From sequence record LC739539.1: a stretch of 64,000 bases of DNA; one strand, 5' to 3'. A program made the position numbers and the translations under genes. This document shows positions 9,592-18,952 of the stretch, in pieces; the stretch's first letter is position 1, and the number at the start of each line of letters is the position of its first letter. The notes under the pieces were generated by a model. It had not been told where the DNA came from. It did no database searches and was given only the letters and a program-made list of their open reading frames with translations. The DNA is from Escherichia phage phiWec190.

Positions 9592-9873
9592 TTATTTAAG
9601 TTTAATTTCGTTAACTGTTAACTCTACCTGCACCAACTCTGCCGTATGGTGTATTGAACACAACATTGCATTGTAATTCATTTCTACCGCATTGTATGGG
9701 TGCTTGGTGTCTTCGTCTCGCCGCAATACCATATAAACGATGACTGCTTCTGGGTCAAGACCGTCTTCATCGTAGGCGCTTTTCAGAACAAACAAATCCC
9801 GATGTGTAAGATTTGCAATGCGACAAGTCTGAATCTCTGGTTTGCTATCTTTCTTAATAGCGAAATTTAACAT
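9592..9873 (-). CDS. hypothetical protein, paralog of 10895..11167
   Basis: Shares M.F.IK.DSKP and SAY(D/E)E(D/N)GLD with 10895..11167. Confidence 0.5.
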   Translation of the reverse strand: MLNFAIKKDSKPEIQTCRIANLTHRDLFVLKSAYDEDGLDPEAVIVYMVLRRDEDTKHPYNAVEMNYNAMLCSIHHTAELVQVELTVNEIKLK

Positions 9874-10096
9874 CTTGTCCTCCTGTCGTGATTTCTGGTT
9901 TGTTGATACGCATTATAACAGCTTTATTTGCTTTGTCAATCCATTCTTCATAAAAAGGATACTGATGGATCTCAACGCGTAGCTTGAGTTCTTCCAAAGA
10001 AAGAGTCCCAAAGTAATCTTTAAGACCCTTCATGATGAAAGCTTCTCTCTCGCGCATCACTTGTAACACCGTTTGAGAGATCAGCGTATCGATCAT
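9854..10096 (-). CDS. hypothetical protein (80 aa)
   Basis: ORF track; co-oriented. Confidence 0.4.
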   Translation of the reverse strand: MIDTLISQTVLQVMREREAFIMKGLKDYFGTLSLEELKLRVEIHQYPFYEEWIDKANKAVIMRINKPEITTGGQDVKFRY

Positions 10097-10893
10097 TTCT
10101 TAGCACCAACCTTTTCGACCCACTCACCGAACTCTTCAGACAAGAGTTTATCGTAAAGCTGCTCGTCTGTCAAGGAAAGATCGTTCAGACCAATGAATGC
10201 TACGTTGTCGTAAGCTTCAGCCAAATCTTTCAGGAAAGAGAAACGAGCACTACCAACACCCACCATGAACCAGTAGATAGGTTTACCCTTGTTCTTTTCC
10301 AGTACGGAGAGTACACGGCTCGGATCATCGTTCTCACCATCTGTCTGGAAGAACACAACTGCCGGAGTAACGTCTACACCAGGCACAGCAACGGCTACAG
10401 TTTTTTCTACAACAGCTTCTACAGTTTCAGTTTTACCCAACAGACGGTTGAAGAAACCTTTCTTAGGGATTTCTTTCGTTACTTGAGTTTCTACAGTTTC
10501 ATACTTGGTAGTGCTACCGAAGTAAGAATCGTAGATATCTTGCATAACAGGGGCGTAGCTTGTACCACCCTGAACTGTTACACGACCATTAATGCATTTA
10601 CCAACGTAATCATCATACACATCAGCAGTTGCCGGAGTGATTTCACGAGAGCTATTGTTGAAAGCCCACATATCGATCTGTGCATTATCGTCAAAGATCA
10701 TACCGAAGGGCAGCAGCTTACCTACGAAATCACTGACGGTGCCGTTACGATACAAGCTGGACATACTACCGGAGATATCCAGTGCGCTTGCAACACGCAG
10801 AACGATCTTTTGATCTTCGTTGACGATTTTCTTTTTCTTCAGTGAAATGGTCAGGGTGTCTTGGCGTTTCTTCAGGCTAATTTTATTGGACAT
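10093..10893 (-). CDS. von Willebrand factor A (vWA) domain protein with TerD-like ISLKK N-terminus
   Basis: 266 aa; LDISGSM (DxSxS MIDAS), TSYAPVM, FFQTDGENDD; N-terminal KISLKK...TISLKKK. Confidence 0.65.
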   Translation of the reverse strand: MSNKISLKKRQDTLTISLKKKKIVNEDQKIVLRVASALDISGSMSSLYRNGTVSDFVGKLLPFGMIFDDNAQIDMWAFNNSSREITPATADVYDDYVGKCINGRVTVQGGTSYAPVMQDIYDSYFGSTTKYETVETQVTKEIPKKGFFNRLLGKTETVEAVVEKTVAVAVPGVDVTPAVVFFQTDGENDDPSRVLSVLEKNKGKPIYWFMVGVGSARFSFLKDLAEAYDNVAFIGLNDLSLTDEQLYDKLLSEEFGEWVEKVGAKK

Positions 10894-10894
10894 A

Positions 10895-11167
10895 TTATTT
10901 CTCCTCTGTAAGTGTGATATCGGTAACTACTAAACGAACTGCAACCATCGGTACATCTGGGGATACGGTATGGACACTCCCTCTTGATGAACTATTCAAA
11001 CAAACAGCAGTCGCGCCGCCGCTTTTAATAAATACTAAGTTTGCAAACGTATCCAAACCATTTTCTTCATATGCTGAATAATACATGAAAGTTTCACCAA
11101 TCCCCAACTCTTCGAAACGAAGTGCTACATCTTGGGGTTTTGAATCTTTTATTTTAAAATCAAACAT
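10895..11167 (-). CDS. hypothetical protein, paralog of 9592..9873
   Basis: Shared N-terminal and SAYEENGLD motifs. Confidence 0.5.
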   Translation of the reverse strand: MFDFKIKDSKPQDVALRFEELGIGETFMYYSAYEENGLDTFANLVFIKSGGATAVCLNSSSRGSVHTVSPDVPMVAVRLVVTDITLTEEK

Positions 11168-11729
11168 TCCCTCCTCCTTTACCAGTTTTGAAGCCCAAAT
11201 CGTAAGCTTCTTTGATGATTTTTTGTAACTCGCTTGTAGGCAGTGTTACAAGAGGATCATCTTCTTCAATTCCCATTTTGTCGTCTTCTGTTTCAATGAG
11301 GACATTATGCACTTTATGATAAGGATTGTCAACACGTTTGAAAATATTATTTTCGGTACTGTAGAAATAATCCTCTTCTTCCTCTTCTTCTCCATCTCCC
11401 CAACCTTGATTAGGATCGTCCTCGGATCGCTTTGTAGGGACTTCTCCTGTAAAGTGTTCTGCTAAAACCATAGCAATACCGTCTCCACGGTTTACAGAGA
11501 ACATAAGATCACAAACGTCGCTCCAAGGCATAGTCCATTTAAAGCTTTCTCTGTTCCCGTGAGCATCCTGCTTACTGCTGAAGACACGTCCATAACTATC
11601 ATAGTTGCCATACATCTCTTCAATAACCTTCCCATCTTTCAACAGGAAAAGATAGCAAGGAGAACCATCGAAAGATGTGGAGAGGGCAGCTTTGCCCGAC
11701 TCCTTACACAGAAAACTAAAGCAACCCAT
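11160..11729 (-). CDS. hypothetical protein with poly-Glu tract
   Basis: 189 aa; GDGEEEEEEDYFY. Confidence 0.5.
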   Translation of the reverse strand: MGCFSFLCKESGKAALSTSFDGSPCYLFLLKDGKVIEEMYGNYDSYGRVFSSKQDAHGNRESFKWTMPWSDVCDLMFSVNRGDGIAMVLAEHFTGEVPTKRSEDDPNQGWGDGEEEEEEDYFYSTENNIFKRVDNPYHKVHNVLIETEDDKMGIEEDDPLVTLPTSELQKIIKEAYDLGFKTGKGGGNV

Positions 11730-12127
11730 TACAGACCTGCCTTAATATCATCAATGGCAAGAGTAGTCTCACTACACTCGTCATATTCTTTATGAAGACG
11801 CAGGAAGTCTTCTGGACCACTCCAATCATAGTTTTGAGTCTTCCACCCATCGATAAAAGCATCTTCCATGATGGTGATCAGTTCTTGTCGAGTTAATTGG
11901 ATAATATCAGGATTCTTAACAACCTCTACACGGAAACCTGGTTCTTCGTATTCTCCCAAGGTGATAATAGATACCAACTCATCAGATTCACAGAGATAAT
12001 AACCTTTAAGGAAGCAAGAACCATCCTCGTCTGTGATAACTTCGTAAATTTCACCGCTTGTGAGATTGATGAAAAGAGTCGGATCTGTTACCGTTAATTT
12101 CAAATGTACGTTTGTGTGGTTAATCAT
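11729..12127 (-). CDS. hypothetical protein (132 aa)
   Basis: ORF track. Confidence 0.5.
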   Translation of the reverse strand: MINHTNVHLKLTVTDPTLFINLTSGEIYEVITDEDGSCFLKGYYLCESDELVSIITLGEYEEPGFRVEVVKNPDIIQLTRQELITIMEDAFIDGWKTQNYDWSGPEDFLRLHKEYDECSETTLAIDDIKAGL

Positions 12128-12293
12128 CTTCTTCCTCCCCTAAAATATGGAACCCGTAATTACAATAATCCTGAAATGTTTCTTTTGCAAGATCTTCGAT
12201 ATCTTCTTGAGACATATCGTCTTCAATTTCGATATCCACAACCTCGGTACATCCAGCCCAGGCAGTTTCGATGTTCACACGCAATGTTTTCAT
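12120..12293 (-). CDS. small acidic hypothetical protein (57 aa, not in track)
   Basis: Hand-read ORF MKTLRVNIETAWAGCTEVVDIEIEDD... preceded by GGAGGAAG RBS; fills a gap in the gene string. Confidence 0.35.
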   Translation of the reverse strand: MKTLRVNIETAWAGCTEVVDIEIEDDMSQEDIEDLAKETFQDYCNYGFHILGEEEDD

Positions 12294-12484
12294 TCTTCCT
12301 CCTCATTAAATTCTACGTCTGAAAGAATCTCAAAACCAAAACTATTACAAGCTTCATAAGAATAATCTTTCCGTAAACTTGCTAAGACGCTTGGAGAATA
12401 TACGCTGCACATAGGTGCGAATCGACGTTCCTCGTCATAGCGTACACCAAAATAATCTTCAACTACATAGACACGGATTCTCAT
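12290..12484 (-). CDS. hypothetical protein (64 aa)
   Basis: ORF track. Confidence 0.4.
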   Translation of the reverse strand: MRIRVYVVEDYFGVRYDEERRFAPMCSVYSPSVLASLRKDYSYEACNSFGFEILSDVEFNEEEE

Positions 12485-13593
12485 TTACCAAGCCCCTTCT
12501 TAACAGCGTCAACCATCCCATCTTCGAGAGATTGAACTTCATTGATGTAATCAACACGGGCAGCACGGGCTTCCGTATTGATGCGGTTAGTTTCTTCCAA
12601 CATCTTAACCAAGTTTTCCTGATCGTGACGCAGGGTTTCAATATCCAGTACTTGGCGGTTAGCCAGTGCTGCTGCTTCGATCTGATTCTGTGTGGCAAGA
12701 TCGCTACCCAGTTTGATTGCCAGGTTGAACTCGTCCAGAACGTTGTTCTGTGTTTCTGCTGCTTTCTTCTGGCGCAGACTTTCAATATACATTGAGAAGT
12801 TTGCCGAGTAAGCAGGAATCACATTGTTCACAATATTACGAGCAGAACGCATGAGGCTGGCAGATACTTTCTGCATACCCAATACACGCGGTCCCATTTG
12901 CACGCACAGCAAGCGTAATGCCTTCAAGTCAGCAATACGTATCTCCAAGAGATCAAGCGTGTCACGGACGCGTTGACGGGCTTCTACGTCATCTTCTGGT
13001 GTGGCTTCAAAAGTAGCCAGTTCTTGCTCATAAGCTGCTGTGAGTAATTCCATATCACGATTCAGGCTTGCGGCGTACTGTCCGATCGCCTGGTGCAGCT
13101 TATCCAGGTACACCAGAGAATCTTCTTCTTTACGGATATCCATTTGAAGATTCTTAACGAGTTCTTCGATACGGTTGTTCACGTTATCGAACTCACCGAA
13201 GAGATCTTCTTTCATCCCCATCAGTTTCTTGATGAGTTTACCTACACCTTTACTCTGCTTAATGGAGGCAGGATCAAGCTGTTTGGCTTGTTTAATCAAA
13301 GCTGTAAGGCGTTGACTCATTTCGTCACCTTGATTGCTACGTTGGTGCTTCAGCACTTCAGCATTCAGAGAACGGAGAGTTAAACCTGCTTCTGCACCTA
13401 CTTCTTCAATCTCTTTACGAGACATTGTTGGCAGGGTAGGCACAGCTTTTGGCGCTGCTGGAGCATACACCGGACTTGCATCCAGGACACTCGGAGCGAA
13501 CACGGACTTGCTTGCGTCTGTAGTAGCAGTCAGTACACTCGTTTCAGATTTCTTTTGACCACCAGTTGCCGCTTTCAAAAATGGACTTGTCAT
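12481..13593 (-). CDS. telA: TelA-like (toxic anion resistance family) protein
   Basis: 370 aa, largely helical, in Ter-type context; assignment by family resemblance, needs HMM confirmation. Confidence 0.55.
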   Translation of the reverse strand: MTSPFLKAATGGQKKSETSVLTATTDASKSVFAPSVLDASPVYAPAAPKAVPTLPTMSRKEIEEVGAEAGLTLRSLNAEVLKHQRSNQGDEMSQRLTALIKQAKQLDPASIKQSKGVGKLIKKLMGMKEDLFGEFDNVNNRIEELVKNLQMDIRKEEDSLVYLDKLHQAIGQYAASLNRDMELLTAAYEQELATFEATPEDDVEARQRVRDTLDLLEIRIADLKALRLLCVQMGPRVLGMQKVSASLMRSARNIVNNVIPAYSANFSMYIESLRQKKAAETQNNVLDEFNLAIKLGSDLATQNQIEAAALANRQVLDIETLRHDQENLVKMLEETNRINTEARAARVDYINEVQSLEDGMVDAVKKGLGK

Positions 13594-14180
13594 TCTTCAT
13601 TCTCCTCTTCTATTTCTCTTGTGTAAGGTGAAACACCATATTCTTTAGCTACTTTAACCCAATCTTCCCATTTATACAACCATATTTTTCCTTCTGTCCC
13701 CTCTTTATCACTCTTCAACCAAATATGTGGTTGTTTCCCTGGGGTCATACGGTTAGGTTTACGATTATACCCTCTAACACATCTTGTGGCAAATCTGTCT
13801 ACCAAAACAAGAACATATTTGTATTCATGATTGAACGGTTCTTTGGAAGTAGCTTTAGGATTGGCTCCCAACTCTGCTGCCAGTTTTTGCCAGTGTGGTC
13901 CATGACGACTGAACTTACCCATACAACCATCAATAGCATGAGCAATTTCATGCTTCATTGTGTCCACTATCATATCCCTTGTGGAGTTTTTATGCAAGTG
14001 CCAATTCACAACAACAATCTTTTCTCGGTAGTTGCACCAACCGAAAGAGTTATTCACTTTGTTCCTAACGCAAGCCGTATATCCAGCTTCACGTAGCATG
14101 TTGTAGTAAACAGGGAAATCCTCCTTGATCTCCTGCATCACTTCCCACCACAAGAGTTTTAAATCTCTCTCGGTATTCAT
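13590..14180 (-). CDS. SprT-like zinc metallopeptidase
   Basis: 196 aa; HEIAHAIDGCMGKFSRHGPHWQKLAAELG (HExxH plus HG..W...ELG). Confidence 0.55.
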   Translation of the reverse strand: MNTERDLKLLWWEVMQEIKEDFPVYYNMLREAGYTACVRNKVNNSFGWCNYREKIVVVNWHLHKNSTRDMIVDTMKHEIAHAIDGCMGKFSRHGPHWQKLAAELGANPKATSKEPFNHEYKYVLVLVDRFATRCVRGYNRKPNRMTPGKQPHIWLKSDKEGTEGKIWLYKWEDWVKVAKEYGVSPYTREIEEENEE

Positions 14181-14183
14181 GCA

Positions 14184-15050
14184 TTACACCTTGAAGTTAA
14201 AGCTTGTTGTGGTAGTTTCGAAATCTGGTGCTGTCAAGTGTGCACTGAAATCAGAGATTTGGTTAATAATGAAACTCTTATGTACACCTAAAACAACAAC
14301 ACTTTTAATATCTTCTACAGACATTTCCCACATATTGGAAAAACGGATAAAAGTTTCTCCTTCTTCTGCAACTGTGAAGAACATAAGGTTTCCGCCAGCA
14401 GTGTAACCCACTTCTTTAAAACCTTTGATCGTATATTGCTCACCGCTGGTAAAGAAAACTGTCGCCTTATTTACGGTGCGCTTACGTTCTGGAATACCTT
14501 TGGCACGTTTACCTTTAACCTTTTTAACTTTGGCTACAGGTTCTTCTTTCTTCTTTTTCTGTTCAGCTACGGCATACATTACGCTCATGAAATCTTTAGG
14601 AGATAACAGGAGATAATCCTGCTCTTCTGTCAATTCAGAAACATCATAGTTTACAGCATCCACATAATCGGAAAAACCATGACTTTTCTCTGCTACAAAG
14701 TGAGGGAAATTATCCCCTGCGAAAAGGTTAGATCTCTTTACATCCACATAAGTATCTGCCATAAAAGCAGAGAACCCTTCAAACAAAGGAGATTTTTTAA
14801 GATCGTCAATATTTACCGCAATCTTATACTCGTCTGCCAACGGGCGGAAAGGTTGCTGGAAGCAGCTACGCATCTCTGCATACTGAAGAACTCCGTTAGT
14901 AATACCTTCGAAAACAATTTCATTACATTCTTCTCTTATTTCTTTCACTCGGAAGACGTTCTTGTTAACTTCTAATGCTTCTGGGGAATAACCCGTACCA
15001 GATAAGAAATACAAATCCCCAACTACAGGTAATGGCTGAATATTTTTCAT
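14184..15050 (-). CDS. hypothetical protein (288 aa) with Lys-rich linker
   Basis: ORF track; KKKKEEPVAKVKKVKGKRAKG segment. Confidence 0.5.
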   Translation of the reverse strand: MKNIQPLPVVGDLYFLSGTGYSPEALEVNKNVFRVKEIREECNEIVFEGITNGVLQYAEMRSCFQQPFRPLADEYKIAVNIDDLKKSPLFEGFSAFMADTYVDVKRSNLFAGDNFPHFVAEKSHGFSDYVDAVNYDVSELTEEQDYLLLSPKDFMSVMYAVAEQKKKKEEPVAKVKKVKGKRAKGIPERKRTVNKATVFFTSGEQYTIKGFKEVGYTAGGNLMFFTVAEEGETFIRFSNMWEMSVEDIKSVVVLGVHKSFIINQISDFSAHLTAPDFETTTTSFNFKV

Positions 15051-15059
15051 ATTTTCTCC

Positions 15060-15302
15060 TCATCTTAAGTTATTAAGTAGTGACCACCAATCAAAATCTT
15101 CTCTTGACTTCTGGTGTGGAGTTTCTTCTTTCTGCATATTAACACAGGTGTGTTTGAAATCTCCAGAGAAGCAGTAAATCTGCTCCCCGTCTTTGTATAG
15201 GGATACTTTACTACCATTGATCACGTTTGTCAACACAAAAAGTATGACGAACAAACCTATTGCAAAACAAATATTTTCAAACACAACCCAAACAACTTTC
15301 AT
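15060..15302 (-). CDS. small membrane protein
   Basis: 80 aa; N-terminal hydrophobic helix. Confidence 0.4.
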   Translation of the reverse strand: MKVVWVVFENICFAIGLFVILFVLTNVINGSKVSLYKDGEQIYCFSGDFKHTCVNMQKEETPHQKSREDFDWWSLLNNLR

Positions 15303-15652
15303 TACAGAAATACCTCATCATCTGTCTCATTATCCCAGAAGAATAAATCCCAAGTGTCAGAGTTATCCCATTTAGCGTAAGGAGAGGTCCAGAAGCCATA
15401 CACCTTAATTTCTGTAATAATATCATCGACATTTGCACTTGCTGCTTGTAGTTCGTAACGCAGAACTGGGGTGACTGTACCCTCACCTGAACCACAACAA
15501 GCTTCAACATTAGGTGGAAGATCCATAGGAGGTGTCTGTTTAACTTCTACATAAGCATAAGGAAAAACCTCTTGAATCGCAGCTTCTACCTCTTGGATTG
15601 TGCCAGAAAGACACCAAACATATTCCTGAACATCATCAAAATATACAGACAT
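15302..15652 (-). CDS. hypothetical protein (116 aa)
   Basis: ORF track. Confidence 0.45.
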   Translation of the reverse strand: MSVYFDDVQEYVWCLSGTIQEVEAAIQEVFPYAYVEVKQTPPMDLPPNVEACCGSGEGTVTPVLRYELQAASANVDDIITEIKVYGFWTSPYAKWDNSDTWDLFFWDNETDDEVFL

Positions 15653-15700
15653 AATTCCTCCTATATTAGTAAGAAACCTCCCGAAGGAGGTTCATTGGTA

Positions 15701-16675
15701 TTAAGCGGTAGCTTCTTCTTTTTCAGGGAAGATGAAACTTGCAATCACGCCCAGGGCCAGAGTACCAAGCACGATATACATGCTGATCGTCGGGTCAATA
15801 TGCGCTGGCAGGAAGCTCACTTTTGCGTGCAGCGTTTCTGCAAACGGGTGATACATCAGTTTCACACCAACAAACACCAGGACTGCGATAACTGCTTTCT
15901 CCAGGTGAACCAGATACTTCAGGGCCACACTAAGAACAAAGAACAGAGCACGTAAGCCTAAGATTGCACAGAGCATCGAAGAGAATACAAGCAGTGGTTC
16001 TTGTGTCACTGCAATTACAGCCGGAACCGAGTCTACTGCAAAGATCACATCTACCATTTCCATCACGAACACACAAACCAGAGCCGGAGTTGCTACACGA
16101 ACACCATTCTTAATCGTGAAGAACTTCTCACCATCCATCTGATCCGATACTGGGAACAGTTTACGAACGACGCGGGTAGCCCAATGTTTAGAGTAATCAA
16201 CTGCTGCGTCATCGTCTTGTTTAAACAACATCTTCGCCGCACAAAAAAGAATCACAATACCGAAGAAAATATTAACATACCATCCAATACTTAGCAGATA
16301 AGTCCCTGCTGCTACAAACACACCTCGGAAGACAATCGCACCTGCAATACCCCAGAGTAGAATTTTGTGTTGTAAGTGTGTGCTCTTAATCCCGAAACTG
16401 GAGAACACTGCTACAAACACTACCAAGTTATCTACCGAGAGCGACTTCTCTAACACATACCCGCTCAAGAACAAGTTTGCAAAATCTGCGCCGTGCTGGA
16501 AGTATACAAAACCATAGTAGGCTAAAGACACACCAATCCAGAAGATTGACCAAGCCACAGCAGATTTGAAAGAGATTTCCTTGTTCTCACGATGCCCGAA
16601 AAAGTCAATACCGATGGACAGAACAAGAATACCTACCAACACCACTACATCAATAATGGGGAAACCAAGTTGCAT
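15701..16675 (-). CDS. terC: TerC-family integral membrane protein
   Basis: 324 aa, multi-pass; LSVDNLVVF and AVDSVPAV signature motifs. Confidence 0.85.
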   Translation of the reverse strand: MQLGFPIIDVVVLVGILVLSIGIDFFGHRENKEISFKSAVAWSIFWIGVSLAYYGFVYFQHGADFANLFLSGYVLEKSLSVDNLVVFVAVFSSFGIKSTHLQHKILLWGIAGAIVFRGVFVAAGTYLLSIGWYVNIFFGIVILFCAAKMLFKQDDDAAVDYSKHWATRVVRKLFPVSDQMDGEKFFTIKNGVRVATPALVCVFVMEMVDVIFAVDSVPAVIAVTQEPLLVFSSMLCAILGLRALFFVLSVALKYLVHLEKAVIAVLVFVGVKLMYHPFAETLHAKVSFLPAHIDPTISMYIVLGTLALGVIASFIFPEKEEATA

Positions 16676-16693
16676 TATTTTCTCCTTTCTCTT

Positions 16694-16752
16694 TGCGGGG
16701 AACCACTCCCCGCCTCATGTGATACATCTTACTCTATTCTAAAACTTTGTCA
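16694..16752 (-). promoter_or_regulatory. cassette-type promoter plus leader stem-loop upstream of terC
   Basis: Minus strand reads TTGACA-16nt-TAAGATGTATCACATGAGGCGGGGA-GTGGT-TCCCCGC then RBS and ATG; same architecture as the 35.8-47 kb array. Confidence 0.55.
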
Positions 16753-16756
16753 ACAC

Positions 16757-16978
16757 TTATTTTGAAGAACTTGAGGAAAAGATCCCACGTAGTACAGCCA
16801 TGATAAATGCCACACACACCACAGTCCAGAAGGTGATAGGAACAGTGATATCTGTGTGACCCATCATTTCAACAACGTAGTTATAAGCCAGCAGCAGAAG
16901 CCATGCTGGAATCATACTGATCAGGAAAGCCAGAACAAACACGATAACTACTGCCAGAACACCTGCAACAACACCCAT
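16757..16978 (-). CDS. small membrane protein (73 aa)
   Basis: Almost entirely hydrophobic. Confidence 0.45.
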   Translation of the reverse strand: MGVVAGVLAVVIVFVLAFLISMIPAWLLLLAYNYVVEMMGHTDITVPITFWTVVCVAFIMAVLRGIFSSSSSK

Positions 16979-16991
16979 ATTATTTCTCCTC

Positions 16992-17465
16992 TTAAAGTTT
17001 ATAAATAGTCACATCGTGACCTGTTTTTACTAAAGTTTCTTCAATCATCACTTCGATGATAGCCCAATTACCTCCCGCAAAACCTGCTCCGATCATAGGC
17101 AGACCAATTTTAAGCCCTTTTGCCTGGAGGAGCAAATCATTAGCCATAGCTATCAGTGCGTCATAAAGAGCATCGTAGTCCAACTGACGACCTTTAGCGT
17201 TGTACCCGTAACGATACTGTCCGTACAGGTTATACACCAAAGGATCAGAGGAATTCTCTGGCACCCCTAAACTAAAAGAACCCAGTTTACTTTGATCACC
17301 TGCTGCTGTGTCCAAGTCGGCTGCATATGCATAAGGAAATGCTTTTTTAATCTGTGGAGCAATCCCTTTACCCATATTACACATGCAGTTACAACAGTGG
17401 GCTATAACGTTCACTTCCCCGCTCTTAGCTGCATCGATCAGATTACCAGTAACAACCTTCAACAT
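16992..17465 (-). CDS. Macro-domain protein (ADP-ribose binding/processing)
   Basis: 157 aa; VVTGNLIDAAKSGEVNVIAHCCN, MGKGIAPQIKK, IGLPMIGAGFAGGNW. Confidence 0.7.
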   Translation of the reverse strand: MLKVVTGNLIDAAKSGEVNVIAHCCNCMCNMGKGIAPQIKKAFPYAYAADLDTAAGDQSKLGSFSLGVPENSSDPLVYNLYGQYRYGYNAKGRQLDYDALYDALIAMANDLLLQAKGLKIGLPMIGAGFAGGNWAIIEVMIEETLVKTGHDVTIYKL

Positions 17466-17474
17466 TTTCCCTCC

Positions 17475-18323
17475 TTACAGGATATGTTGGTTAAAGTAAC
17501 GGTTCAGGAAGACGAAGTTTTCAGAATACTTCTCGATCTTGTCATAACCTTCCCCAAGACACCCAAAGAACAGTGCTTCTACATAACGGTGTGGCAGACG
17601 GGAGAGAATGATTTTAAACTCTTCCGGTGCTTGCCCCATCAGATACTTGATAGGACGAACCAAACACTGTGCATCTTGTTCGGTGTTGATCATATTAACG
17701 AAAGCATCTGTCGTGTTAATATAATTGAAGTTCAGTTTAGCTTCTGTGTCTGCTTGATTACCAGTATACTTGGCAAAGTACAGGAAGTAAACATCGTTCG
17801 TAACTTTATTTTCATCCAGGATCTCAATCAGTTTATCTTCATGAGTCCCCGTGATGTTCACATCATCAATGAAGATCAGCTTCTTGTTGCCCCAAAAATC
17901 TTTGTTGCAATAGAATGTGTCCCCATCAATCAGTTTCTTACGGCTTGCTTTGTCCAGGAAACCATAATCGTTAATGTAGCTTACCTTACGGTGAATCGTA
18001 TCCAACTCTACTGCACGACTACCTTTGTGATTCAGCAGCAACAGGTTCAAGAAATTGATGAACTGGTTGGTCATCATGGTTGCTGCGTTATGCACATGGT
18101 TGTAAGGTGAAGGAATCACCACAAACTCTTCTTCCGGCATATTCTTGACTACCAAGTCATAGAAAGAGACTGCCAATGTTTGCCCCATACGGCGTGCCGC
18201 CTGGTTGCTGCCAAACTTCAGTTTGGAATAGTCACGAATATCAAAACGAGCAGTTTCCAGACTATCAAATTTGTGAGCAAAGATTTGAGTTTGATTACGC
18301 ATTAACAAGTTCTCCTTTAGCAA
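17475..18323 (-). CDS. phosphoribosyltransferase (PRTase)-like protein
   Basis: 282 aa; KKLIFIDDVNITGTHEDK PRPP-binding-loop-like. Confidence 0.55.
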   Translation of the reverse strand: MLKENLLMRNQTQIFAHKFDSLETARFDIRDYSKLKFGSNQAARRMGQTLAVSFYDLVVKNMPEEEFVVIPSPYNHVHNAATMMTNQFINFLNLLLLNHKGSRAVELDTIHRKVSYINDYGFLDKASRKKLIDGDTFYCNKDFWGNKKLIFIDDVNITGTHEDKLIEILDENKVTNDVYFLYFAKYTGNQADTEAKLNFNYINTTDAFVNMINTEQDAQCLVRPIKYLMGQAPEEFKIILSRLPHRYVEALFFGCLGEGYDKIEKYSENFVFLNRYFNQHIL

Positions 18324-18951
18324 GTTTATCTAACAAGTCGTTAGGGTTCTTAATATGACAGAAGTTAAATCCTAAGTCAACACATTTTCCATCATATTCT
18401 TCACTATCGCCTACGTGCAATACTTCGTGCCCTAACAAAGGGATGGGAGAATACGTCAGCGTGCGAGCAAAGAATCGCGGATCTGGTTTACAAAGTAAAG
18501 CTTCATCCGAGAAATGGGTGAACTCAAAACAATTCCAACCATCAAACTTACAAGCCCGGCGCAGGATATCCCCTGATATGAAGTTGGTATTACTCTTGAT
18601 GCTCAAATCATAACGCCCCGAAAGATACAGCAAGTGCATCGGTAAATCCACAGCCACATGTGGTGGAAACTTAAGGAACCACTGTTCACACTCGAAACGA
18701 AGCTTTGCAGACTTCAAAGGTGTTATCCCAAGTTCGTAACCAAGTCTTTCCCAGGCATATGCTGCACACTCGGCTGTTCCCTGAAGTGCCGCATTATCCA
18801 GTTCCTTTTTGATCTTCTTGTAAGCTGCTCTTGCTTCTACTTCCGAAATATCTCCGTATTTTGCGATAGTCCAAGCTCGCATATCCGCGTAATTTGGGTT
18901 TGCTGTGATCAGTGTGTTCCATACATCAAAAGAGATATGTTTAATAGTCAT
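18295..18951 (-). CDS. HAD-superfamily hydrolase/phosphatase
   Basis: 218 aa; motif I FDVWNTL, motif III CKPDPRFF, motif IV GDSEEYD. Confidence 0.6.
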   Translation of the reverse strand: MTIKHISFDVWNTLITANPNYADMRAWTIAKYGDISEVEARAAYKKIKKELDNAALQGTAECAAYAWERLGYELGITPLKSAKLRFECEQWFLKFPPHVAVDLPMHLLYLSGRYDLSIKSNTNFISGDILRRACKFDGWNCFEFTHFSDEALLCKPDPRFFARTLTYSPIPLLGHEVLHVGDSEEYDGKCVDLGFNFCHIKNPNDLLDKLAKGELVNA

Positions 18952-18952
18952 A

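Noticed and set aside
17292-18110. 272-aa plus-strand ORF antisense to the PRTase/Macro genes (and similar antisense ORFs such as 3120..3611, 19909..20424, 32265..32993)
   Set aside because: Cys-rich low-complexity translations with no motifs, while the opposite strand carries clear domain signatures and the operon grammar.
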